A DNA stretch of 58,892 bases, the filler included. It is 3 parts of 3 records of this genome, joined end to end, with 100 filler letters (N's around TTAATTAATTAA, not from the genome) between each part and the next. Parts side by side here need not be neighbours in the genome. Positions count along the whole stretch, not along the records: positions 1 to 19,831 come from SRR20825006_499; 2 more parts are not named here. One strand, written 5' to 3'. The first letter of the stretch is position 1; each line of letters begins with the position of its first letter. Positions 1 to 10,866 of the stretch are shown piece by piece. Under the pieces are notes generated by a model. That model was given only the letters and a program-made list of their open reading frames with translations, was not told the origin of the DNA and did not search any database. Position numbers and translations under genes: made by a program.

Positions 1-1152
<1,152 letters not shown>

Positions 1153-1392
1153 TCATCTCCTCGTTTTGTAATAAGCGCTGAACGAAATATTGTGTTTGTT
1201 TCTGTTACCGATTCAAACTAACACAGACTATTTATCGTATTGACGCTTTATTCCACTTCGAACAATCGCTTTAGACGATTGGAAAAACTTTATAGCCACT
1301 CGAGCATGGACTAAAGACCATTAAAAGCACGAAAGTGAAGTTTAAATGAAGGCTGTGGTGTGGACCGCGGGAGGAGATTTGTCAGGTATGAC

Positions 1393-1420
1393 TCGCCAGC
1401 CCTTCAGTAAGGGCTGGCGA
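1393..1420 (-). terminator. Hairpin after cysN
   Basis: TCGCCAGCCCTT-CAGT-AAGGGCTGGCGA is a perfect 12-bp stem 10 nt downstream of the cysN stop; no strong U-tract. Confidence 0.65.
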
Positions 1421-1430
1421 AGCACTTTAT

Positions 1431-2873
1431 TTACTTGAGCAGTTGGCTCAGATCTTTGGCATCCCAGTGCGGGAAGTGTTTGCGGATCAATGCGTTGAGC
1501 TCCAGTTCAAATGCCGAAAACTCACCTGCGGGCACCGTCTGGTGACTGCCGGAGACGGCATCGGTGATCATACCGGCACCAATCGTGACATTGCTCAGAC
1601 GGTCGATAATGATGAATGAGCCGGTAATGCGGTTGCGTTTGTAGGTATCAAACACAACCGGCTTGTTCAGTGAAAACTCACACAAACCGATTTCATTCAG
1701 CTTGAGCTCCGTGGCGCTGCTTTCCTGCAAAGTATTCACATCAACCTGATGATCGATACCAGTCAGTGAACCCGTACTTTCATTGACCCCGACCTTAATG
1801 CTGTATTGTTTGCCGGCAGTCAGCGGCTGTTCGGTCATCCACACCACCATCGCCTTGAACTGGCTCGATACATGCGGCTGATGATGATTGCTGTGCACAA
1901 TCATATCGCCCCGGCTGACATCAATCTCACTGTCCAGCGTGACGGTAATGGCTTCACCCGGCACGGCATGATCGAGGTCGCCGTCATATGTGACCAGCGC
2001 CTTGATTTTGCTTTCCTTACCTGAGGGTAAAACCGTTACGGCATCACCCGGCTTCAGAATACCGGAAGCCAGAGTGCCGCAGTAACCACGGAAGTTCAGG
2101 TTGGGACGATTCACATACTGAACCGGAAAACGGGCATCCTCGAAATTCGGATCGTCAGCGATATCCACATTCTCGAGAATATTCATCAGCGTCTCGCCCT
2201 CGTACCAGGGCATATTCTCGCTCTTGTTGACGACGTTATCGCCCACCAGCGCTGACAGTGGCACAAAGTGGATATCTTCAATTTCCAGCTCACGGGCGAA
2301 TGCGCTGTAATCCTTGCGGATATCGTCGAACACTTGCTGGCTGTAATCCATCAGGTCCATTTTGTTAATGGCAACCACAATGTGTTTGATACCCAGCAGC
2401 GAAGCGATAAAGCTGTGCCGGCGGGTCTGGGTCTGTACGCCGTAACGTGCATCAATGAGAATAACGGCCAACTGACAGGTAGAGGCACCGGTCGCCATAT
2501 TGCGGGTGTATTGTTCATGGCCCGGTGTATCGGCAATAATGAATTTGCGTTTGGTGGTCGAGAAATAACGATAGGCGACATCGATGGTAATGCCCTGCTC
2601 GCGCTCAGCCTGCAGACCATCTACTAGCAATGCCAGATCCACCTGTTCACCGGTCGTACCCGACTTAACGCTATCCCGGGTCACCGCTTCCAGTTGATCT
2701 TCATAGATCATCTTGGAGTCATGCAGCAGACGACCAATCAGCGTACTTTTACCGTCATCGACATTGCCGCAGGTCAGAAAGCGCAACAGCTCTTTGTTTT
2801 CATGCTGCTTCAGATAGGCTTCAATATCGGTCGCAATCAAACTATCTGTTTGGTATGAACTATCAGTAGTCAT
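1431..2873 (-). CDS. cysN: Sulfate adenylyltransferase large (GTPase) subunit
   Basis: [43 protein letters not shown] and NKMD motifs; no C-terminal APS kinase domain. Confidence 0.97.
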   Translation of the reverse strand: MTTDSSYQTDSLIATDIEAYLKQHENKELLRFLTCGNVDDGKSTLIGRLLHDSKMIYEDQLEAVTRDSVKSGTTGEQVDLALLVDGLQAEREQGITIDVAYRYFSTTKRKFIIADTPGHEQYTRNMATGASTCQLAVILIDARYGVQTQTRRHSFIASLLGIKHIVVAINKMDLMDYSQQVFDDIRKDYSAFARELEIEDIHFVPLSALVGDNVVNKSENMPWYEGETLMNILENVDIADDPNFEDARFPVQYVNRPNLNFRGYCGTLASGILKPGDAVTVLPSGKESKIKALVTYDGDLDHAVPGEAITVTLDSEIDVSRGDMIVHSNHHQPHVSSQFKAMVVWMTEQPLTAGKQYSIKVGVNESTGSLTGIDHQVDVNTLQESSATELKLNEIGLCEFSLNKPVVFDTYKRNRITGSFIIIDRLSNVTIGAGMITDAVSGSHQTVPAGEFSAFELELNALIRKHFPHWDAKDLSQLLK

Positions 2874-3776
2874 CTAGAAGTAGCCCTCTTGTTTTTTCTT
2901 CTCCATTGAACCGGCCTGGTCATGGTCAATGGCACGGCCCTGACGTTCCGAGGTCGTGGTTAATAACATTTCCTGAATAATTTCCGGCAAGGTGTCGGCA
3001 TCGGATTTCACCGCACCGGTCAGCGGGTAGCAGCCCAGCGTTCTGAAGCGCACTTTTTCCATTCTGATTTCTTCGCCTTCGGGAATACGCATGCGATCAT
3101 CGTCAACCATGATCGTCAGGCCGTTATAGTTCACAACCGGCCGTTCTGCTGCATAGTAGAGCGGGACAATCGGGATCTGTTCCAGATAGATGTATTGCCA
3201 GATATCCAGCTCAGTCCAGTTGGACAGTGGGAAGACACGGATGCTTTCGCCTTTGTTAACCTTGCTGTTATAGATATTCCACAATTCCGGACGCTGCGCT
3301 TTCGGATCCCAGCGGTGATTTTTATCACGGAAGGAATACACCCGTTCTTTAGCTCTGGATTTTTCCTCGTCACGGCGTGCACCACCAAAAGCCGCATCAA
3401 AACCGTATTTGCTCAGTGCTTCTTTGAGCGCATCGGTTTTCATGATGTCGGTGTAGCGTGGATGGTCAAAAGGATTGATGCCCGCTTCCTTACCTTCCTG
3501 ATTGGTGTGAACGATCAGCTCCAGGCCATGCTTTTTGGCCATATTGTCGCGGAACTTGATCATATCCTTGAACTTCCAGGTGGTATCGATATGCATCAAC
3601 GGGAAAGGGAGCTTGCCAGGGGCAAATGCTTTCATTGCCAGGTGCAGCATCACGGCCGAGTCTTTACCGATGGAATAGAGCATCACCGGATTTTCAAACT
3701 CGGCAGCCACTTCACGAATGATGTGGATGCTTTCCGCCTCCAGTTGTTTGAGATGGGTTAGTTTTTTTTCAGTCAT
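2874..3776 (-). CDS. cysD: Sulfate adenylyltransferase small subunit
   Basis: [47 protein letters not shown] and C-terminal KKQEGYF. Confidence 0.97.
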   Translation of the reverse strand: MTEKKLTHLKQLEAESIHIIREVAAEFENPVMLYSIGKDSAVMLHLAMKAFAPGKLPFPLMHIDTTWKFKDMIKFRDNMAKKHGLELIVHTNQEGKEAGINPFDHPRYTDIMKTDALKEALSKYGFDAAFGGARRDEEKSRAKERVYSFRDKNHRWDPKAQRPELWNIYNSKVNKGESIRVFPLSNWTELDIWQYIYLEQIPIVPLYYAAERPVVNYNGLTIMVDDDRMRIPEGEEIRMEKVRFRTLGCYPLTGAVKSDADTLPEIIQEMLLTTTSERQGRAIDHDQAGSMEKKKQEGYF

Positions 3777-3788
3777 TATCGTTCTCTG

Positions 3789-4487
3789 TTATTTCGATTT
3801 GACGTGTAAGCCACATTCTTTTGTTTCGGGGTTTTCCCACCACCAGCGTCCGGCCCGGATATCTTCACCGGCAGTAATCGCCCGGGTGCAGGGTGCGCAG
3901 CCGATACTGGCATAACCTTCGTCATGCAACTTGTTATAAGGCACATCAAAGGCGCGGATATAAGCCCAGACATTGCCGTTGGACCAGTCGGTCAGCGGAC
4001 TGAATTTCTGCAGGCCATGGTCTTCATCCCACTCTGACACCGGCAGTTCAGCACGCGTTACCGATTGCGAACGGCGCATACCGGTGAGCCAGGCTTTTTT
4101 ATCAGTCAGGGCGCGGTTGAGCGGCTGGACCTTACGAATACCACAGCATTGTTTGCGCATTTCGACACTGTCATAAAAGGCATTGGGGCCGTTGCTGGTG
4201 ACAAAAGTCTCAATCTGGCCGGCATCCGGAAAATAGATCTGAACGTCCTTGTTGTAATGTGTCTTCACCGCCTGCATCAGCTCATAGGTTTCTTTGGGCA
4301 GGCGTCCGGTATCCAGCGTGAATATCTCAATACCCGGTGCATGCTTGCAGATCAGATCCATCAGCACCATATCCTCGGCACCGAAACTGGTCGCCAGCAC
4401 AGCAGGGCTGTAGTCCTGTTCGATTTCTTTAAGTACCTCGATCGCGGCTTCAATTTTGGCAGCGAGGGCAGGTTTGATATCAGTCAT
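3789..4487 (-). CDS. cysH: APS reductase ([4Fe-4S] type CysH)
   Basis: SFGAED, DTGRL, the CC (QCCGIRK) and CxxC (SIGCAPCT) cluster ligands, RAGRWWWE and C-terminal ECGLH. Confidence 0.93.
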   Translation of the reverse strand: MTDIKPALAAKIEAAIEVLKEIEQDYSPAVLATSFGAEDMVLMDLICKHAPGIEIFTLDTGRLPKETYELMQAVKTHYNKDVQIYFPDAGQIETFVTSNGPNAFYDSVEMRKQCCGIRKVQPLNRALTDKKAWLTGMRRSQSVTRAELPVSEWDEDHGLQKFSPLTDWSNGNVWAYIRAFDVPYNKLHDEGYASIGCAPCTRAITAGEDIRAGRWWWENPETKECGLHVKSK

Positions 4488-4717
4488 CGTTTTTTTCTCA
4501 CACGAATAGTTGTAGTCAGTACCGCTTCGGCTATGACCTCACATTGCTGGCCATCCTGGCGCAGACTTTTCAATACTTCAGTGACCGCATCACCATTATT
4601 GACCCATAGCTCGATATTCTCTTCGAGCCCGATTTTACTGATGGCTTCGCGGGCCTTGATGTAATGCATGGGACAGCCATAATGGGTCAGATCTATTGGA
4701 CCGATCACAACAGACAT
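4484..4717 (-). CDS. TusA/SirA-like sulfur carrier protein
   Basis: 77 aa with a DLTHYGCPMHY (CPxP-like) motif, overlapping both neighbours. The start may instead be the GTG near 4708. Confidence 0.75.
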   Translation of the reverse strand: MSVVIGPIDLTHYGCPMHYIKAREAISKIGLEENIELWVNNGDAVTEVLKSLRQDGQQCEVIAEAVLTTTIRVRKKR

Positions 4718-5505
4718 TTTATGCCTACCAGGACCAGAATAACGGCCAGCAAGGGTCGCATAACCTGATCCGAGATTCGAACACCGAGATGGCTGCCAAT
4801 CAAAATGCCGGGCAAAGAGCCAGCCAGCAAATATAATAACAATGACCAGTCCACCGTGCCCACGGCCGAGTGACCCAGCCCGGCCACAAAGGTCAGCGGC
4901 ACCGCATGGGCAATATCGGTCGCGACAATTTCGACCCCTTTCATTCTGGGGTAAAGAAACAGCAGAATCACTGCACCCAGCGCACCGGCCCCCACCGATG
5001 AAATCGTGACCATAATGCCCAGACCGGCGCCGGTTGCCACGGTGAATACGGCTTTGTGGCCCTCATCCTGTCTTAGTTTGTACAGGGCGTTAACCACAGG
5101 GTGTCCTTCCTGCGCCCTTAACAGCCGACCAATCCAGCCTTTTAACAGCAAAGCACTGGAAGTCAGAATCAAAGCCACACCCAGGGCCTTGGTAATGATC
5201 TCGCTGTGCTCGCCTTCATGCATGCCGGTCTGGTTCATCACCCACAGCGTCAATAACGTCGCCGGAATACTGCCAGCTGCCAGCGTCCAGACCACTTTCC
5301 ACTTCACAACGCCATGCCGCCAATAAGCCCAGATTCCACCGGACTTGGTAATCGCGGCGAATAACAGATCCGTGCCCACAGCAATCGCTGGCTGAATGGA
5401 AAAGCCGAAGATCAGGATCGGGGTCATGAGCGATCCGCCGCCCACGCCGGTCATGCCGACCATAATGCCGACAAACAAACCCGCCAGTATAAAACCCCAT
5501 TCCAT
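4705..5505 (-). CDS. TSUP (TauE/SafE) family membrane protein, probable sulfur-compound transporter
   Basis: GMTGVGGGSLMTP, AVGTDL, SSVGAGALG and VATDIAHAVPL motifs; multiple hydrophobic helices. Confidence 0.9.
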   Translation of the reverse strand: MEWGFILAGLFVGIMVGMTGVGGGSLMTPILIFGFSIQPAIAVGTDLLFAAITKSGGIWAYWRHGVVKWKVVWTLAAGSIPATLLTLWVMNQTGMHEGEHSEIITKALGVALILTSSALLLKGWIGRLLRAQEGHPVVNALYKLRQDEGHKAVFTVATGAGLGIMVTISSVGAGALGAVILLFLYPRMKGVEIVATDIAHAVPLTFVAGLGHSAVGTVDWSLLLYLLAGSLPGILIGSHLGVRISDQVMRPLLAVILVLVGIKCLL

Positions 5506-5585
5506 AAAGGTCTTCGCCTTGTGTGTTTCAAAGAGCTGACAAGTTTACCAAAGCGTAATATTCTATCAATGAATATTATCTACTA

Positions 5586-5597
5586 TCGTTATAACGA
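5586..5597. promoter_or_regulatory. Palindromic candidate CysB operator in the divergent promoter region
   Basis: Perfect 12-bp palindrome TCGTTATAACGA in the AT-rich spacer between the TSUP gene and cysB. Confidence 0.45.
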
Positions 5598-5611
5598 AAA
5601 GATATAAAGCT

Positions 5612-6532
5612 ATGAAGATACAACAACTCAAATATGTGCGCGAGATTGCCAGACGAGGTTTGAGTATTTCCGCCGCCGCCAATGCATTGCACGCTTCCCA
5701 GCCGGGAGTCAGCAATCAAGTTCAACAACTGGAAGAGGAACTGGGGCTGCTCATCTTCGAGCGCCACGGCAAGCGTTTGACAGGGCTCACCCCCGTTGGC
5801 AAGTCGGTCATCGAAATGGCAGAACGGGTGCTACAGGATGTCGACAATATCCGCCAGTTGGCTGCAGATTGCAGGAGCGATCAGACCGGCACACTGTCTA
5901 TTGGCACTACCCATACTCAGGCCCGCTATGCATTACCCTCGGCAATCAAACAGTTTTCCGAACGTTATCCCAATGTACACCTGAATATGGTGCAGGGCAC
6001 GCCGCCGGAAGTGGCGGAAATGGCGGCGACCGGTCGGGTCGATATTGCTATCGCCACCGAGGGTCTGGCCCAGTTCGAACAACTGGCCATTCTGCCCTGT
6101 TATCAATGGAACCGCTGTGTGGTAGTGCCCCCCGGGCATCCCCTGCTCGACGTAGACAAGCTCAGCCTGGAAGCAATTGCTGACTATCCGATTCTGACTT
6201 ATGTGATGGGCTTTACCGGCCGCGCTCAGCAGGATCAATCATTTATCGAGAAAGGCCTGCACCCTAATGTGGTGTTTACTGCCACCGATGCCGATGTGAT
6301 CAAGACCTATGTTGAATTGGAGCTGGGCATCGGCATTATCGCCAATATGGCCTTTGATCCGATCAAGGATGCACCGCTTCAGGCCATTGATGCCAGTCAC
6401 CTTTTCCGGCCCAGCACCACCCACCTTGGCATCCGTAAAGGTAGTTATCTGCGCGGTTATATGTATGCCTTTATTGAGTATTTTGCTCCACATCTGGATC
6501 GGGAAGCAGTGACTAAGGCGATCGAAATATAG
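5612..6532 (+). CDS. cysB: CysB/Cbl family LysR-type regulator
   Basis: MKIQQLKY...SQPGVS HTH; TTHTQARYALP, QGTP, IATE and DADVIKTYV motifs; divergent from the cys operon. Confidence 0.92.
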   Translation: MKIQQLKYVREIARRGLSISAAANALHASQPGVSNQVQQLEEELGLLIFERHGKRLTGLTPVGKSVIEMAERVLQDVDNIRQLAADCRSDQTGTLSIGTTHTQARYALPSAIKQFSERYPNVHLNMVQGTPPEVAEMAATGRVDIAIATEGLAQFEQLAILPCYQWNRCVVVPPGHPLLDVDKLSLEAIADYPILTYVMGFTGRAQQDQSFIEKGLHPNVVFTATDADVIKTYVELELGIGIIANMAFDPIKDAPLQAIDASHLFRPSTTHLGIRKGSYLRGYMYAFIEYFAPHLDREAVTKAIEI

Positions 6533-6627
6533 GACTAATTCACATTGTGGCCCGGGTAAAAAGCTGCTAATTTTCCGAGCTGCTGCTTGCAGCAATAAAT
6601 ACAATAATCGAAATATTAGGACTAATC

Positions 6628-7197
6628 ATGAAGCAATTACTCAAAGGCCTGTTGCTGAGTCTGGCTCTATTGCCGGCGCTGGCATTTTCACACGGTGCTC
6701 CACGTATTACCGTTGAAGAAAGCATTGTCATTAATGCCGACCCGGCTACGGTCTGGAATGCAGTCAAAGACTTCGACAACGCACACAGCTGGATTCCGGT
6801 TGTGAAAGCTACTGAAGCCAAAGGCGGTAATGAAAAAGGCGCAACCCGTACCCTGACGCTGGAAAATGGCGCCACTATCTCTGAACAACTGGACAAGTTT
6901 GATGAAGAGAGAATGACCTACCAATACGAAATCACCGATATCAGCAAAGCCGGTGAAATTGACGACCACGGTGAAATGCATGCAGTCCCGGCTTTACCGG
7001 TCAGCAAATATAAATCCTGGGTCACGGTCAAAGCGGTTGATGGCGGTAGTAAAGTGAGCTGGAAAGGTAAATTCTTCCGTGCTTACCATGGTAATCATCA
7101 TCCACCTAAAGAACTGGACGATGATGCGGCGAAAAATGCCGTTACTGGTCTGTACACCAGCACGCTGGAAAATCTGAAAGCCAGCCTGGAAAAATAA
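6628..7197 (+). CDS. Exported SRPBCC (MxaD-like) protein
   Basis: Signal peptide ending ALA(FS), then HGAP...VEESIVINADPATVWNAVKDF...W, GATRTLTL and WKGKFFR, resembling periplasmic MxaD/SRPBCC proteins. Confidence 0.7.
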   Translation: MKQLLKGLLLSLALLPALAFSHGAPRITVEESIVINADPATVWNAVKDFDNAHSWIPVVKATEAKGGNEKGATRTLTLENGATISEQLDKFDEERMTYQYEITDISKAGEIDDHGEMHAVPALPVSKYKSWVTVKAVDGGSKVSWKGKFFRAYHGNHHPPKELDDDAAKNAVTGLYTSTLENLKASLEK

Positions 7198-7217
7198 GCG
7201 CTGTCGACTTTCGTGAT

Positions 7218-7246
7218 AAAGGCACCCTCGGGTGCCTTTTTGTTTT
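7218..7246 (+). terminator. Rho-independent terminator
   Basis: AAAGGCACC-CTCG-GGTGCCTTT followed by a T-run. Confidence 0.9.
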
Positions 7247-7289
7247 TGCCGGCTTATAATGATGCTGTGTTCACTGCGTGCGAATCCTT

Positions 7290-7604
7290 ATGAATAATAG
7301 CCTGCACAGTATCCATCAACTTCTCAATGAAATTGAGACCAAACTGCATGAGGACGATCAGCATTTGCTGACAGACCTGCGGCAGGAGCTCGACAAGGTG
7401 ATGCTTCATGCCTCAGAAGAAAGTACGCATCCCGCAACCCCACACCGTGACAAAGCCAGTGGCTGTTATCGATTCGGCGATGACCCGGATTATTACTGCC
7501 CGCATTGTTTTGATAATCTGCAACAGAAAATTTCTACCCAACGACTGAACAGGCAGCGACGTGTCTGCCCTCAATGCCGTTCGAGTCTGAGACCACTTCA
7601 GTAG
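7290..7604 (+). CDS. Hypothetical protein with C-terminal CxxC...CxxC zinc ribbon
   Basis: Helical N-terminus followed by YCPHCF and VCPQCR. A TATAAT box lies upstream at 7255-7260. Confidence 0.6.
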   Translation: MNNSLHSIHQLLNEIETKLHEDDQHLLTDLRQELDKVMLHASEESTHPATPHRDKASGCYRFGDDPDYYCPHCFDNLQQKISTQRLNRQRRVCPQCRSSLRPLQ

Positions 7605-7688
7605 CTTTTGCAGGCTAGTAAAAGCCTGACCAATCCCCTAAAATGGGCACATCCATAAGGATATGCTTTCACTCAAATAACGGACTAT

Positions 7689-7775
7689 TGCCTCGGGGTG
7701 GCCCTGCGCCTGAGATATCTCGTAAGAGAGAACCCGATGAACCTGATCCAGATAATACTGGCGTAGGGACAGGCT
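7689..7775 (+). ncRNA. TPP (thiamine pyrophosphate) riboswitch
   Basis: CTCGGGGTG...CTGAGA...ACCCG...ACCTGATCCAGATAATACTGGCGTAGGGA matches the THI-box consensus and lies upstream of thiamine uptake genes. Confidence 0.95.
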
Positions 7776-7849
7776 GATTCACGACTCTCTTCCTGACATG
7801 GTCGGTCTCTGTTTTGCTGTCTTCTACGCTTTATTCCATGAGGATAGCT

Positions 7850-9916
7850 ATGAAACGTTCCCCCCTTGCTCTGGCCTGTGCCAGCGCCAGCGCCATCTTG
7901 TCTCTTCCGTCATGGGCAGAGATAACACCTGCCGATCTGCCATCCATGATTGTCAGCGCCGATTTTCGTCCCAATGAAGCCCAGGAAACGCCGGTCAGTC
8001 TCACTACGATTGATAATGAAGTGATCGAATCACGCGGGGCCCAGCATCTGGAAGATGTGCTGAATCTGGCACCCAACGTCAATGTTTCCAGCGGTGCAGC
8101 CCGCGGCCAGTATTTCCAGATACGGGGTATCGGTGAACGCAGCCAGTTCTCCGCACCAATCAACCCGTCAGTGGGCTTACTGATTGATGGCATTGATTTC
8201 AGCCGTACCGGTGGTGCCGCCACCCTGTTTGACATTGAGTCTGTTGAAATTCTGCGCGGGCCACAGGGCACCAAATTCGGCACCAACGCACTGGCGGGTG
8301 TGATCAATATGAAAAGCACCGAGCCTAGCAATGAACTGGATATGCATTTTGAAACCGGTATTGCTGAATATAACACCCGAAATGTCGGTGTCGCGGTAGG
8401 CGGGCCGCTGGTCAAAGACACATTGTTGGGGCGCTTCTCGGTCTACAGTCATCAATCTGATGGCTATATGGATAACGAGTTCCTGGGGAAAGATGATGTT
8501 CAGGACCACAATGAAATTACTGCCCGCGGTCATCTGAAATGGCTGGTAAACCAAGATCTCACTGTCGATCTGAACCTGCTGCATCTGGATATCGATAATG
8601 GCTACGATGCATTTACCCTCGATAACAGTCGTGACAGCTTGTCTGATATGCCCGGTGAGGACAGCCAGAATACAGACGCAATTGCGCTTAAAACAGATTA
8701 TAGAGCCAGCAGCGCGCTTCAGCTTCAATCCAGTCTGACTTATATGCAGTCGGATTTAACCTATAGCTATGACGCAGATTGGACATATCCAGGATTCCAT
8801 CCTGATGCTTACGCAGCGACTGAAGAGTTCAACCGGGAGCGAGAAAATTATTCTGTAGAATTGAAAGCACTCTCCAATGAAGATGGCTGGATTTTTAACG
8901 ATACGACCGAGTGGGCGATCGGTGTTTACTTTCTTTCACAGGATGAAGAACTGGATTTAAACTCGGACTTCGGTAATCTTGATAATGATTACGAAACCAG
9001 AAACGCTGCCCTGTTCGGCCAGTTAGATACCCATCTGACCGATAAGCTGACCTTAATTACCGGTTTACGTGTCGAACATTTCGAAGCCGATTATAAAGAT
9101 TCCAATGCTCTGGATATTGATACCAGTGAGCGTCTGTTCGGTGGCAAGTTAGGTCTCAACTATCAGGTTAATGACGATCACATGACCTATACCTCGCTGT
9201 CGCGTGGCTATAAATCTGGTGGTGTCAATAACAATGATGCGCTGCCAGATAATAAGCGTGAGTTTGACACCGAGTACATGTGGAGTCTGGAAGCCGGCCT
9301 CAAATCGCGCTGGCTTGATGGCGATCTCATCACCAATATTGCTGCTTTTTATTCACTGCGCCGTGATGCCCAGGTTAAAAGCTCCGTATTTGTCGGTGGT
9401 GGCGAATTTGAAGACTCTATCGCTAATGCAGCTCGAGGCAAAAACTATGGACTGGAAGCCGATTTTGACTGGCTGATGAGTCAGGACTTTCGCCTGTTTG
9501 GTGCAGTCGGACTTCTGCGCGCCGTGTTCGATGAATATGAAAACCCGGACATCACCAGCAATGATATTGAAGGTCGTCGTCAGGCTCATGCCCCCAATTA
9601 CCAGTTCACACTGGGAGGGGAATATTATCTGACTCCGAACCTGACTCTGCGGGCCAATATCGAAGGCAAGGATGACTTTTATTTTTCCAATAGTCACAAC
9701 TCCAAATCAGGGTCTTATGTCATCTATAACGCCAGCCTGGCTTATCAGAAGGACAACTGGAAAGTCACATTATGGGGTCGTAACCTGTTTGATAAGGATT
9801 ACTACACCCGAGGCTTTTTCTTCGGTAATGATCCTAGAATTGGTTACGCTAACCGCACTTATAAACAATTCGGCGACCCCCGTGTGGTCGGCCTGACGGT
9901 CAGTTACGATTATTAA
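7850..9916 (+). CDS. TonB-dependent receptor, probable thiamine uptake
   Basis: Signal peptide, plug motifs (IRGIG, VEILRGPQGTKFG), a beta-barrel ending in an aromatic residue, and a position downstream of the TPP riboswitch. ATG at 7850 has the SD GAGGA. Confidence 0.92.
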   Translation: MKRSPLALACASASAILSLPSWAEITPADLPSMIVSADFRPNEAQETPVSLTTIDNEVIESRGAQHLEDVLNLAPNVNVSSGAARGQYFQIRGIGERSQFSAPINPSVGLLIDGIDFSRTGGAATLFDIESVEILRGPQGTKFGTNALAGVINMKSTEPSNELDMHFETGIAEYNTRNVGVAVGGPLVKDTLLGRFSVYSHQSDGYMDNEFLGKDDVQDHNEITARGHLKWLVNQDLTVDLNLLHLDIDNGYDAFTLDNSRDSLSDMPGEDSQNTDAIALKTDYRASSALQLQSSLTYMQSDLTYSYDADWTYPGFHPDAYAATEEFNRERENYSVELKALSNEDGWIFNDTTEWAIGVYFLSQDEELDLNSDFGNLDNDYETRNAALFGQLDTHLTDKLTLITGLRVEHFEADYKDSNALDIDTSERLFGGKLGLNYQVNDDHMTYTSLSRGYKSGGVNNNDALPDNKREFDTEYMWSLEAGLKSRWLDGDLITNIAAFYSLRRDAQVKSSVFVGGGEFEDSIANAARGKNYGLEADFDWLMSQDFRLFGAVGLLRAVFDEYENPDITSNDIEGRRQAHAPNYQFTLGGEYYLTPNLTLRANIEGKDDFYFSNSHNSKSGSYVIYNASLAYQKDNWKVTLWGRNLFDKDYYTRGFFFGNDPRIGYANRTYKQFGDPRVVGLTVSYDY

Positions 9917-9926
9917 TTCACAGCTT

Positions 9927-9952
9927 GAGGGCTCATTTGAGCCCTCCTTTTT
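9927..9952 (+). terminator. Intra-operon terminator-like hairpin
   Basis: GAGGGCTC-ATTT-GAGCCCTC followed by CTTTTT, between the receptor and the ykoF-like gene. Confidence 0.7.
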
Positions 9953-9967
9953 CAATAAGGAGTTGTT

Positions 9968-10225
9968 ATGCGTGTTTCTGTAGATATCAGCCTTTATCCG
10001 CTGACAGAGCAATATGCCGAGCCGATTCTGGCCTTTATCGACAAGCTGGAAAACAACCCCAAACTCAATATTTCCCGCAATAATCTAAGCACCCAGATTT
10101 TTGGTGAATACCGGGATGTGATGGATGCCATGGACAGCGAAATTGAAGCCGTCTTCAGCCAGCTTCCACACAGCGTATTTGTACTGAAAATGATTGGTAC
10201 CGATCGTTATCAGGTCGAAGATTAG
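9968..10225 (+). CDS. YkoF-like thiamine/HMP-binding protein
   Basis: MRVSVDISLYPL...STQIFGEY pattern, in a thiamine operon. Confidence 0.8.
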   Translation: MRVSVDISLYPLTEQYAEPILAFIDKLENNPKLNISRNNLSTQIFGEYRDVMDAMDSEIEAVFSQLPHSVFVLKMIGTDRYQVED

Positions 10226-10230
10226 AGACG

Positions 10231-10842
10231 ATGTGGGATGCGATGTTACAGGGCCTGATGGCCTTATCAGGCTGGGAGGTGTTTGCTGCACTGCTGGGCG
10301 TCGGCTATATCGTCTTCGCCGCCCGCGAGTCGCAGTGGTGCTGGCCAATGGCCTTTATCAGCACCCTGATTTACACCGTATTGTTCTGGGAAGGCCAGTT
10401 ACCAATGCAGGCACTTCTCAACTTTTATTATATGGGCATGGCGATCTACGGCTACCTGCTGTGGCGTCAGCATAAAAGAAGTGAAAAAGACATCGCCATT
10501 CATAGCTGGCCTTTGCCCTATCATCTCACCTTCCTGATTACCGGCAGCCTGCTGACCTGGCTGATTGGGGGCTATCTGGGCAGCATTGAGGCTTCTCAGA
10601 ATCCCTACCTGGATGCCGGTGTCACCGTTTTTTCGGTACTCAATACCTGGTTGATGGCGCGTAAAGTTCTGCAGAACTGGCTTTACTGGATAATTATCGA
10701 TGCCGCCGCCGTCGTGCTGTATCTGGAAACCGGCTTTTATGCCACGGTGGCTTTGTTCTCGCTTTACACGGTGCTGGCCACTGTCGGCTTTATCAACTGG
10801 ATCAGACTTTATCGCCAGCGACATTCACCTTCATTTGGTTAA
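10231..10842 (+). CDS. pnuC: PnuC/PnuT family vitamin transporter (probably thiamine)
   Basis: YGYLLW, PYLDA and WLMARKVLQNWLYWIIID motifs; hydrophobic throughout. Confidence 0.9.
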   Translation: MWDAMLQGLMALSGWEVFAALLGVGYIVFAARESQWCWPMAFISTLIYTVLFWEGQLPMQALLNFYYMGMAIYGYLLWRQHKRSEKDIAIHSWPLPYHLTFLITGSLLTWLIGGYLGSIEASQNPYLDAGVTVFSVLNTWLMARKVLQNWLYWIIIDAAAVVLYLETGFYATVALFSLYTVLATVGFINWIRLYRQRHSPSFG

Positions 10843-10866
10843 GGCCATCAGGGTGATTTCTAGCGT

